A DNA stretch of 64,000 bases from an uncultured delta proteobacterium. GTDB taxonomy: Bacteria > Desulfobacterota > Binatia > Binatales > Binataceae. The stretch is taken from positions 928,001 to 992,000 of the forward strand of contig CAVQEQ010000001.1 of the NCBI GenBank assembly GCA_963711565.1. The letters are read 5' to 3'. This document shows positions 37,574 through 46,296 of the stretch, in pieces. The position numbers and the translations under genes are program-made. The stretch's first letter is position 1, and each line of letters begins with the position of its first letter. Below the pieces are notes generated by a model. The model searched no databases, was not told where the DNA came from, and saw only the letters and a list, made by a program, of their open reading frames with translations.

Positions 37574-38383
37574 ATGGCTGATAGTGGAATCAAGGTTCGA
37601 ATCGAGGGTGAGCTCGCTTACATCGCGCTCAACCGGCCGGAGAAGCGCAACGCGATTAACCAGGCGATGCTCCGGGCGCTTCCCGAGGCGATCGACGAGG
37701 TCGATCGGACCGACGTTCGCGCGATCATCATTTACGGCGAGGGCCAGGCGTTCTCCGCCGGCATCGATTTCACCTCGCTCACCAATGATACCGGCGCGCG
37801 CGGCGGCGAAGGCGGCGGTCCCCACCTGCAGCGCTTTCGGCGCTTCGTCGCGGAGTCGCAGGCGTCGCTGAATCGGATCGAGAGCGTCGAGAAGCCGGTC
37901 ATCGGCGCGCTGCACGGCTTCGTCGGCGGCCTCGGACTCGAGCTCGCGCTCGCCTGCGACGCGCGAATCGCTTCCGTCGGCGCGCGCCTCGGGATGCCCG
38001 AGGTGCGCATCGGCCTGGTGCCCGACGTCGGCGGCACTACGCGGCTGACGCGGACGGTCGGCTACGCCCGCTCGAAGGAACTGATCATGACGGCACGGAT
38101 GATCGAAGCGGCTGACGCTGAAAAGATCGGGCTGGTGAATCGCGTCGTCGCCGAAGGGACGCATCTCGCGGCGGCCGAAGAGCTGGCGCGCGAGATGGCG
38201 CGCAACGCCCCGCTCGCGGTCGGCCTCGCCAAGCGCATCATCGACAAGGGCCACGGCCTCGACAAGATGACGTTCCAGGAGCTCGAAGTGCTGGCGCAGA
38301 GCTCGCTCCTGCTCACCGAAGATTTTCGCGAAGGCGCGACCGCCCTGGCGCAGCGGCGCGAGCCGCGCTTCAAGGGACGTTGA
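37574..38383 (+). CDS. Enoyl-CoA hydratase/isomerase
   Basis: LNRPEKRNA, FSAGID, GLGLELALACD, PEVRIGLVPDVGG. Confidence 0.95.
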   Translation: MADSGIKVRIEGELAYIALNRPEKRNAINQAMLRALPEAIDEVDRTDVRAIIIYGEGQAFSAGIDFTSLTNDTGARGGEGGGPHLQRFRRFVAESQASLNRIESVEKPVIGALHGFVGGLGLELALACDARIASVGARLGMPEVRIGLVPDVGGTTRLTRTVGYARSKELIMTARMIEAADAEKIGLVNRVVAEGTHLAAAEELAREMARNAPLAVGLAKRIIDKGHGLDKMTFQELEVLAQSSLLLTEDFREGATALAQRREPRFKGR

Positions 38384-39308
38384 GGCGCATCTCGAAGCCC
38401 AGTTCGATGCTTTCGCCGGGCGCGAGCTCGCGCATCCCCGCCGCGACGCCCCGCGCCGCAAGATTGAACGCGTCGGGCGCGCAAGTGTACGGCTCGAGCG
38501 CAACGACAGGATTATCAGGCGGCGCATACAGGACGAAGTCGCCGAACGCGGCGTCCGCACGAATCTCGACCGCGACTTTCATCGACGGATCGATCAGCCG
38601 CGCACGCACCTTCGACGCATCGCCCTCTGATATTGGCGCCATGCGGAATACGTCATCGTAAGTCTCAGCTCCAAGCGCACGCGGCGCGCGAAGATCATAC
38701 TTGCCTGCGAGCGGTTCGACGTTACCAGTAGGAATGAGATTCGAGTCGAGCGCCCATCGGGCGTTGGCGTCGAGCTGGACTATCATCGCGTCGCGCGCGC
38801 CTTTCGGATTGAGCGGCGCGTGAAAATATGGATGCGCTCCGAATCCGAACGGCATCACTGAGTCGCCCGTGTTGCTGATGCGCGCCTTCAATCTCAGTCC
38901 ATTACCTACTTCGTAGTCTATTTCGAGCGTGAACGGCCACGGCCAGATCGAATTGAGATCCGGATAGTCAGAAGAATCGAAAATCGTGGTGACGAAGTAG
39001 GGTCCGCGCCGCGTCATGCGAAAGGCGCGTTCGCATGCGAAGCCATGAATCGCGTTGCCGCGTGCGGGTTCGTTCACCGGCAGCCCGTACTCGCGACCCT
39101 CGAACGTGAAGCGTGCGCCACCGACGCGACTCGGCCACGGAAAGAGAATCGGAATGCCGCCGCGATGCGGATGCTCGCGCCATGCGTCGGGACTCGCGGG
39201 CCCCGCGATCACGTCGAGCGTGCCGGCGCGGTAGCTGAGACATTGGCATCCGGCGCCGGGCACAATCACGGCGCGTTCACTCTGTGCCTCGAGAGTTATG
39301 AGTTCCAC
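38370..39308 (-). CDS. Aldose 1-epimerase family protein
   Basis: GIPILFPW, IHGF, GAHPYF, YDDVF, ALEPYT. GTG start inferred. Confidence 0.9.
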   Translation of the reverse strand: MELITLEAQSERAVIVPGAGCQCLSYRAGTLDVIAGPASPDAWREHPHRGGIPILFPWPSRVGGARFTFEGREYGLPVNEPARGNAIHGFACERAFRMTRRGPYFVTTIFDSSDYPDLNSIWPWPFTLEIDYEVGNGLRLKARISNTGDSVMPFGFGAHPYFHAPLNPKGARDAMIVQLDANARWALDSNLIPTGNVEPLAGKYDLRAPRALGAETYDDVFRMAPISEGDASKVRARLIDPSMKVAVEIRADAAFGDFVLYAPPDNPVVALEPYTCAPDAFNLAARGVAAGMRELAPGESIELGFEMRLNVP

Positions 39309-39436
39309 GATGATTAGCGAATTGCGGCAGCGAGGGTTCGGCCCGAAGGTTGGGCGTCCCCCCTCGATTGAGTACACCTTGCCGCGCGACGAAGTGGCTA
39401 ACTACAATCGCGTGCTATGCAGAAACGCGGAACTGA

Positions 39437-39745
39437 CTAATGGTCGCGTCCGCCGCCGCGGCGTTCGCCACCGCCGCCACCGCCACCTGCGCCGCCGCTG
39501 CGCGCCTGCGCTTCGTTGACGCGAATCGGACGGCCCTTGATGTCGCGGCCGTTCAGTTTCTTGATTGCGCCTTCGGCCGCCTCATCGGTCGCCATCTCGA
39601 CGAAACCGAATCCCCGCGAGCGATTGGTGGCGCGATCAATGATGACTTGCGAGCTGTCCACCTTTCCTGCTTCTGAAAATACGTCGAGCAGATCCTGGTC
39701 GGTCACAGTCCAAGCCAGATTCCCAACATACAGTCTGCGGCCCAT
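39437..39745 (-). CDS. RRM RNA-binding protein with Gly-rich tail
   Basis: RNP2 LYVGNL, RNP1 RGFGFVEM. Confidence 0.95.
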   Translation of the reverse strand: MGRRLYVGNLAWTVTDQDLLDVFSEAGKVDSSQVIIDRATNRSRGFGFVEMATDEAAEGAIKKLNGRDIKGRPIRVNEAQARSGGAGGGGGGGERRGGGRDH

Positions 39746-40046
39746 CACTCTCTCCTTGCGCGCATCCCGAGTGCCTCGCGGCGTCCAGCGTCAATAGCTA
39801 TACCGACAGCGCGCATCTAGTCAGAATTCCGGAATGCTTATAGCATCGCGCCAAGCGCAAACATAGTGCTCTTTTTGTCCGATTTTCCCCTAATTCATAT
39901 CGCTAGTTAGTAGGGAACTGATTAACCAAATCCACACCCAGCAATGATCTGAAAGTACGATGCCTATGCGCAATATCGTAAGCATTATGAATCCTCGTTG
40001 AGTCTAAAATCGTTTTGCCATACGAGGTCGGCCGTCAGGACTTCAA

Positions 40047-40250
40047 CTACGCCGACGAGAGAAGGTTTGCGCGGCTCGTCTCCGGGGTCTGACCACCAGC
40101 GGCGGGAATCAGCCACGAGAGCCACCGTCGGTTGAGGTGATCGGCGAGCGTCAACGACGTTCGCCGCGGACGTAGATCACGGTCCATTTCCATTCGCAAA
40201 TTCGATTGGCTACGTGGCCTGCCTCGGCGACTGATTAAACTTTCCGCCAT
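40047..40250 (-). CDS. Small basic hypothetical protein with RRGRPR motif
   Basis: 67-aa ATG ORF in an otherwise empty region; no clear RBS. Confidence 0.35.
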   Translation of the reverse strand: MAESLISRRGRPRSQSNLRMEMDRDLRPRRTSLTLADHLNRRWLSWLIPAAGGQTPETSRANLLSSA

Positions 40251-40422
40251 GTGACTATCTGGATGCGAGCGTCAAGAGTTAATTCGAAACACCTATCCAC
40301 TATATCCACTTGAATGAAGTTGATAGTGGACAAAATGACTTTGATACTTGTAGATATGGGATTCATTGTGTATGTTCAAAGTTGATTTATACTGATCGAT
40401 CCCCTCGAAAGGAGATAGCTAC

Positions 40423-40806
40423 ATGCCTCGCAAAAGTACCTCAGGTGGAACCTCATCGGCGTTCCAGCAAGTACAGCGGCAAGCGCGCACTTTGCTACTC
40501 AATCTGCGTAAGGAGATCCGCCTGAAGGAGTCAGTACTTAGTAAGTTGAAGCAGGAGGAAGTGCGACTGGGATCGTTGATCGGACGGGCGGGCGGCTCGG
40601 CCAAGTTGGTTAGCAGCGGACCCACGGGCCGCGTCAATTGGCGCGCCGTGCTTTCGGCGCTTCCCAAGCAATTCAAGGCGGCCGACGTTCGCAATGTGCG
40701 GGGACTCAAGGGCAAGCGGCCGTCGGAGATTTTTGCGGCAATTACGCGATGGATTGATGCCGGCACCGCGCGGCGAAAGGCACGCGGAGTGTACGAAAGA
40801 GTCTAG
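40423..40806 (+). CDS. Basic hypothetical protein: coiled coil, linker, putative DNA-binding C-terminal domain
   Basis: Strong AAAGGAG RBS; heptad Leu pattern; C-terminal ITRWIDAG..RRKARGVY resembles a winged-helix end. Confidence 0.8.
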   Translation: MPRKSTSGGTSSAFQQVQRQARTLLLNLRKEIRLKESVLSKLKQEEVRLGSLIGRAGGSAKLVSSGPTGRVNWRAVLSALPKQFKAADVRNVRGLKGKRPSEIFAAITRWIDAGTARRKARGVYERV

Positions 40807-40946
40807 CCGAAGATTCGCGCGCACCTGCCGCAATGCGGTATGGTGCAATCGAGTCCAATTGAGCGGCGCCGCGATTGATCAGCAGCGCCGTTTCTATTGT
40901 TCCGCTGAATACGAAACCTCACTCGCGTGCGAAAGAGTCAGACCAC

Positions 40947-41981
40947 ATGGCCGTGATGACGATTGAATGGCGGGCGGATACCGTCCGCATGATCGATCAG
41001 CGCCTGCTTCCAGGGCGCGAGGTGATTCGAACCTATCGCGAATATCGCGGTGTCGCGGAGGCTATCCGCACGATGGTTATTCGCGGCGCGCCGGCGATTG
41101 GCGTCGCGGCGGCGATGGGGGTCGCACTCGGAATCAAGGGCACCGCGGGCGCGAAGGCGAAGAAACGCTTCGCGCTCGTCGCAAAAACACTCAAGGCGAC
41201 CCGGCCCACCGCGGTGAACCTGGCGTGGGCGGTTGATCGGATGGGACGCGCGCTCGACGAGAGCGATTCGCTGGGTGCGGCAGAATTGTTTGCTCGGATG
41301 CGCGCGGAGGCGATTGCGATTTACACGGCAGACATCGCTGCCAATCGTGCGATGGGAAAATTCGGCGCTGAACTGATCGGAGACCCGGCGACGGTGCTGA
41401 CGCATTGCAATGCCGGCGCACTCGCGACGGCGGGATACGGCACGGCGCTCGGCGTAGTGCGGGCGGCACGCGACGCGGGGAAAAGAATCCAGGTGTTTGC
41501 CGACGAGACGCGGCCATTCCTGCAAGGCTCGCGCCTGACCGCGTGGGAACTGCACAAGGATCGGATACCGGTGACAGTGATCGCCGACAACATGGCGGCA
41601 ACAGTACTCTCGCAGAACAAGATCGATTGCGTGGTCGTCGGAACAGATCGCACGGCAGCCAACGGCAACGTCGCCAATAAAATCGGCACCTACCCACTGG
41701 CAGTGATGGCCCGGCGGCACGGCGTCCCCTTCTATGTCGCGGCGCCGCTATCGTCGATCGACCTGGACTGTCCCAACGGCGCGGCGATTCCGATCGAAGA
41801 GCGCTCGGGCTCGGAGCTCACCGAGTACGGCGGCAAGCAGATCGCGCCCAAGGGCGTCCGCACGTTCAACCCGGCGTTCAACGTCACGCCAGCCGAGCTG
41901 GTGACAGCGATCATCACCGAACGGGGAGTCGCATATCCTCCCTACACGGAAAGTTTGCGCGCGCTCAAAAACAAATCTTGA
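40947..41981 (+). CDS. mtnA: S-methyl-5-thioribose-1-phosphate isomerase
   Basis: IDQRLLP, IRGAPAIG, RPTAVNL, LTHCNAGALAT, DETRP, ANKIGT. Confidence 0.97.
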   Translation: MAVMTIEWRADTVRMIDQRLLPGREVIRTYREYRGVAEAIRTMVIRGAPAIGVAAAMGVALGIKGTAGAKAKKRFALVAKTLKATRPTAVNLAWAVDRMGRALDESDSLGAAELFARMRAEAIAIYTADIAANRAMGKFGAELIGDPATVLTHCNAGALATAGYGTALGVVRAARDAGKRIQVFADETRPFLQGSRLTAWELHKDRIPVTVIADNMAATVLSQNKIDCVVVGTDRTAANGNVANKIGTYPLAVMARRHGVPFYVAAPLSSIDLDCPNGAAIPIEERSGSELTEYGGKQIAPKGVRTFNPAFNVTPAELVTAIITERGVAYPPYTESLRALKNKS

Positions 41982-41989
41982 TCGACTGA

Positions 41990-43009
41990 CTATTCATCGA
42001 AATGATCCAGATACTCAGAAAGTCCATAGCCAATCTTCCCATCCCAATTCCATTCAGTCATACCTTCTGCGATTCGAGTGACTATTCCTGCGCGGCGATT
42101 GCGCAATGGAATCATCGATAGCACTTTGCCGGTAATGACTACTGGCGCTCCACCGTCAATGGTCTGACAGGTCAGCTTGATCTTGTCGTGGAGCTGCTGC
42201 TCACCGGCGAATTCAGTCTGAACATCGACCTTCACGATGTGCAGGAACGGCTTGCCCTTGCGCGCGATGAATCCTCCCGGGCGCTCGCTACCGTCGCGAT
42301 TCACTGTGATCGTGGCCATCGCACCAAGATCCTCGTCGAAGTTCATCGTGAGCCATCGATAGAACTTCGGCGCCTGCCAATAGCGCGGTCCCCAGCTATG
42401 GTCGCGCAAACCGAGCCCGTCGATCTTGAACTCGCGATCCTTGCTGTCGGTCGTCAACACGAGTTTCCCCGTTGCGTGGCCGAGCTGCTCCAGGTGCCCC
42501 TTGGCGAATTGAGCCTCGGGGTCACCGGACGGTTTCGGCGAGACCCACTTGTCTCCATTCTTTTCGCGCAGCTCACCTCCCCATCCGGGAGAGGTAGCGA
42601 CGTAGTCGATTTCTAGCGCGGCTTTCGAGTACGGATTGGTCTTAAACGCCTTGGCTGGGTCGGCCATCTCGAGCGGATTCTTCAGAATACAGAGTTTGCC
42701 GCGATAGCCGACGCGATGGCGCTCGAACGGTTTGACCACTTCGAATTTTGCGCCGCCCGCGTCGTGCGCGTCGTTGTTCTTGATCTCGGGCCGCTGAAAC
42801 ATGAAGCCGACGGTTCCATCCGGGAGATAAAGGCACGCCGTCATCTCCGCGTATCCTTCGTTCGCACGATTACCCAGTCGGATAAAACCGCCGAGGCGCT
42901 GACCGCGATCGTAGAAATTGTAATACGCACTCTCGTTGAAATTGGACTCGCCGGTGTTCGGATGCATCAGGTCGTCTTGTTCGAGCAGTACTACTTTGGT
43001 TTCGGGCAT
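41990..43009 (-). CDS. Beta-barrel protein of CrtC/tocopherol-cyclase-like type (DUF7064/7065-like)
   Basis: NESAYYNF, HLEQ, GLRDHSWGPR, GYGLSEY. Confidence 0.75.
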   Translation of the reverse strand: MPETKVVLLEQDDLMHPNTGESNFNESAYYNFYDRGQRLGGFIRLGNRANEGYAEMTACLYLPDGTVGFMFQRPEIKNNDAHDAGGAKFEVVKPFERHRVGYRGKLCILKNPLEMADPAKAFKTNPYSKAALEIDYVATSPGWGGELREKNGDKWVSPKPSGDPEAQFAKGHLEQLGHATGKLVLTTDSKDREFKIDGLGLRDHSWGPRYWQAPKFYRWLTMNFDEDLGAMATITVNRDGSERPGGFIARKGKPFLHIVKVDVQTEFAGEQQLHDKIKLTCQTIDGGAPVVITGKVLSMIPLRNRRAGIVTRIAEGMTEWNWDGKIGYGLSEYLDHFDE

Positions 43010-43012
43010 TAG

Positions 43013-43447
43013 TCAGATCTCCTTTTGATCTTTTCCGGCGTTGCGAATTGCGATGTCATTCTCGAGGTAGCGCGGATTCGCGATGCGCAGTTTCTCCTCG
43101 ACGCTCTGGCGCACTACCGCAAGCACTTCGCGCCGCCAGTCGCCATCGTCAGCGTCGCCCGCGCGAATCCTGGCGGTCAACTCTTCGCCCATTTTCACAT
43201 CGGCGGCGCGCAGATCGTCGAGGCTGTGCAGATGCGGCGCGTCCTGCCCGAGCAGGCGAGCAAAAGCCTTCACCTCGCCTCGAACCAGCGGATCTTCCAT
43301 CTTTATCTCGCGCGCGACAATGCGCATCACGTTGGCAACGACTCGCGCCTGGAACTGGCGCGCCCCCTCGATTGTCGGAACGAGTTCGCGATCGACGAAG
43401 TCGGCGGCTGCTTCGAGCAATTCAACTGAGGTTGGACGGTCCTGCAT
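43013..43447 (-). CDS. DUF6285-like small protein (LvaB-like)
   Basis: QDRPTSVELLEA...FQARVVAN..IVARE...KLRIANPRY. Confidence 0.8.
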   Translation of the reverse strand: MQDRPTSVELLEAAADFVDRELVPTIEGARQFQARVVANVMRIVAREIKMEDPLVRGEVKAFARLLGQDAPHLHSLDDLRAADVKMGEELTARIRAGDADDGDWRREVLAVVRQSVEEKLRIANPRYLENDIAIRNAGKDQKEI

Positions 43448-43486
43448 ATTGACTACTCACATCACGTTTTCGAGATTAGCATGTTG

Positions 43487-44506
43487 CTATTCGATCAGAT
43501 TCAAGAGTTCCAGCTCGGTTTCTGCGGTTCGCCGTCCAATACTGGCGAGTTCGACACTCTTTACGAATCCGTCGATATGCGTGCGCGCCTGACTTATCGT
43601 GATTATGCCCCAGCGCAGATTACCGAAGACCTCCCAGAAGCGCGCCGCTTCAGGATCGACCGGCGAGCCGCTGGCCTTTTCGTAAGCGGGGAAGAAATCC
43701 TCGCGTGTACCGAGCCCTCCGACCGGCTTCCGATCATTGCCGAAGCGCCACGCCCGCACGCACATCCATCCGACATCCTCCATCGGATCGCCCAGATGCG
43801 CCAATTCCCAATCCAGGATCGAGCGCACGCCTTCGGGACCGAAGATGACATTGCCGATTCTGTAATCGCCGTGAACGAGCGTTTTTCGCGGAGTCTTTGG
43901 AATGCGCTTCAGGAGCCATCGGAAGGCCAGTTCGAACGCGGGATGCGGTTCGAGCGCCAGGCGCCGGAAGTTTTCCTCGTAGCGTTTGACCTCGGTCAAC
44001 GCGGCGTTGTCGCCCGGCTCCGGCAGGAAGTCGAGCTTGTGCTTGACCGGATCGATTCGATGAATTTTCGCGAGAATTTCGGCGAGTTGCGCCGGCATCA
44101 CTTCGCGCGCGCGGGCGTAAGTGTCGTCTCGGAGCAGCCGGCGCGCCAGAGTCTCGCCCTCGATGCGCTCCATGATGAAAAACGCGGAACCAAGCACGGC
44201 GGGATCTTCCGAAACCCAGAAGACCTCGGGGACCGGGACGCGTTCTTCGAAGGCGGCGCGAATCACCATGAACTCGTGACGCCGATTGGTTGAGATGTTG
44301 TGCGCGCCGGCATCGCGTCGCAACACCATGGCGCGCCGAGTAGTTTCGCCGCCGCGCTCTGTCGCGCAATCGAACGACCAGATCTCGCGCGATGCGCCAC
44401 CCGGCATCTTGCGAAAATTCTCGATCGCGACACTGTCGAAGCGGCCTTTCGTACGGATGAAGCCGGTCAGCCGTCGGACCATTTCGCCGGGTTCGATTTT
44501 CTCCAT
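43487..44506 (-). CDS. APH-family phosphotransferase (LvaA/ACAD10-11 kinase-like)
   Basis: GGASRE, LVHGDYRIGN, ILDWELAHLGDPMED, ELASIGRR. Confidence 0.92.
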   Translation of the reverse strand: MEKIEPGEMVRRLTGFIRTKGRFDSVAIENFRKMPGGASREIWSFDCATERGGETTRRAMVLRRDAGAHNISTNRRHEFMVIRAAFEERVPVPEVFWVSEDPAVLGSAFFIMERIEGETLARRLLRDDTYARAREVMPAQLAEILAKIHRIDPVKHKLDFLPEPGDNAALTEVKRYEENFRRLALEPHPAFELAFRWLLKRIPKTPRKTLVHGDYRIGNVIFGPEGVRSILDWELAHLGDPMEDVGWMCVRAWRFGNDRKPVGGLGTREDFFPAYEKASGSPVDPEAARFWEVFGNLRWGIITISQARTHIDGFVKSVELASIGRRTAETELELLNLIE

Positions 44507-44565
44507 TGCGCGTACTCACTTCCTATCGAAATGAGTATCACGAAATTTCGCCCCTTCGCATCGGT

Positions 44566-45375
44566 TCAGGCGCGATGCCCCACCCGCTGTGCAATTCCGT
44601 CGCCGAGAAGGTTGAAGCCGAGAATCGAAAATCCGATCGCGAGTCCCGGCGCAGTCGTGAGATGCGGCGCGACGAGCAGGAACGCGCGGCCGGCGTCGAG
44701 CATGTTGCCCCAACTGGGAGTGGGTGGAATCGCGCCCAGGCCGAGGAAGGAAAGCGCCGCTTCCGCCCCGATGATTCCGCCGATTCCGAACGTCGCCTGC
44801 ACGGCAAGCGGTCCGACGACGCCGGGCAGCAGATGGCGCATCAGCAGTCGCGAGCGGCTGGCGCCGAGGGTCTCGGCGGCGAGGACGTACTCGCGCTCGC
44901 GCAGGGTCAGCACTTCGCCGCGCACGATGCGCGCGTATCCGGTCCATCCCATGGCGGTCAGCGCAATGACGAGATCGATCAGCCCCGGTCCCAAAATTGC
45001 CGCCAGCGCGATCGCAAGCAGGATTCCCGGAAAGGCGAGAACGATATCGACGCCGCGCATCACGAGGTTGTCGATTCGGCCGCCGGCCAGCGCAGCGGTC
45101 GCACCGATCAGGCTGCCGACGACCAGCGAGATCGCGACGACGATCGTGGATATCGAAAGCGAAAGGCGCGCGCCCCACAGGATACGGGCGAGAACGTCGC
45201 GGCCGAGCGCGTCGCAACCAAACGGGTGCGTGCGGCTGGGACCGGCGAGAATGTCCGCGAGATCGATCGAGATCGGATCGGCGCGGACCAGTATCGGACC
45301 TATGATTGCTGCCACAACGATCGCGACGACAATAGTCACTCCAATAGTCAGTGATGGATTACGTACTACTCTCAC
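44566..45375 (-). CDS. Peptide/nickel ABC permease (DppC-like)
   Basis: HPFGCDALGRD, EYVLAAETLGA, EAALSFLGLG. Confidence 0.93.
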   Translation of the reverse strand: MRVVRNPSLTIGVTIVVAIVVAAIIGPILVRADPISIDLADILAGPSRTHPFGCDALGRDVLARILWGARLSLSISTIVVAISLVVGSLIGATAALAGGRIDNLVMRGVDIVLAFPGILLAIALAAILGPGLIDLVIALTAMGWTGYARIVRGEVLTLREREYVLAAETLGASRSRLLMRHLLPGVVGPLAVQATFGIGGIIGAEAALSFLGLGAIPPTPSWGNMLDAGRAFLLVAPHLTTAPGLAIGFSILGFNLLGDGIAQRVGHRA

Positions 45376-46292
45376 GAGATTCTCACTCGCGGGTCCACCA
45401 TCGCGTAAACTATATCGGTCGCCATGTTCACGACGACGTAGGTCATCGCGAACGTGAGAACGCATCCTTCGACGACAGGATAATCGCGCGCTCCGATCGC
45501 AGTGATGAGCAGGCGGCCGATACCCGGCCAGGAAAAAATTATTTCAGTGATGAGCGTGCCGCTAAGCAGCGCGCCCATTTGCAGTCCGATGATCGTCACA
45601 ACGGAAGTGAGCGCGTTTTTGAGTCCGTGGCGTACGAGGGCGGCGCGCGCGCTCAACCCCTTGCTCAGCGCGGTGCGCATGTAGTCGCTCTCGCGCACGC
45701 GAATCAGGCTTTGACGCAGCATCCGCGCGAGGATTGCGGCCAGAGCAGTGCCGAGGGTGACGGCGGGCAGGACGAGATGCGCGATTCCGCCGCGGCCAGT
45801 AAGCGGCAGCCAGCGAAGATCCAGCGAAAATAAAATCATCAGCAACGGGCCTAAGTAGATGTGTGGAATCGAGATGCCGACGATTGCAAATCCCATCGCA
45901 CCGAGATCGCCGGCGCCGCCGGGATTCGCTCCCGCGATCAATCCCAGCGGGAACGCCAACAGAACAGCGACCAGCATCCCCGCCGCGGCAAGCTCGATCG
46001 TCGCGGGGAACCGTTCGGCGATTAGCTCCGAGACCGGCTTGCGATATGAAGTCGATTCACCCAGATCGCCTACAGCGAGTCCGCCGAGATATCCGGCGTA
46101 CTGCTCCAGGAGCGGACGATCGAGGCCGAGCTGATGACGCATCCCGACAATGTCGGCGGGCGCGGCAGTTTCGCCGAGCATCGCGACCACAGGATCGCCC
46201 GGCACCAGGTGGATAATCGCGAACGTCAGAGTCGCCACACCAAGCGCGACGGGCACAAGCGCGAGCAGTCGTCGGACCAGGTAATTGATCAC
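45372..46292 (-). CDS. Peptide/nickel ABC permease (DppB-like)
   Basis: PGDP, LGLDRP, DYMRTALSKG, EIIFSWPGIG, RDYPVV. Confidence 0.93.
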   Translation of the reverse strand: MINYLVRRLLALVPVALGVATLTFAIIHLVPGDPVVAMLGETAAPADIVGMRHQLGLDRPLLEQYAGYLGGLAVGDLGESTSYRKPVSELIAERFPATIELAAAGMLVAVLLAFPLGLIAGANPGGAGDLGAMGFAIVGISIPHIYLGPLLMILFSLDLRWLPLTGRGGIAHLVLPAVTLGTALAAILARMLRQSLIRVRESDYMRTALSKGLSARAALVRHGLKNALTSVVTIIGLQMGALLSGTLITEIIFSWPGIGRLLITAIGARDYPVVEGCVLTFAMTYVVVNMATDIVYAMVDPRVRIS

Positions 46293-46296
46293 TGAA

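Noticed and set aside
40291-40335. oriC suggested by TATCCAC repeats in AT-rich DNA
   Set aside because: Only mismatched boxes and no origin-associated genes; kept as a possible operator instead.
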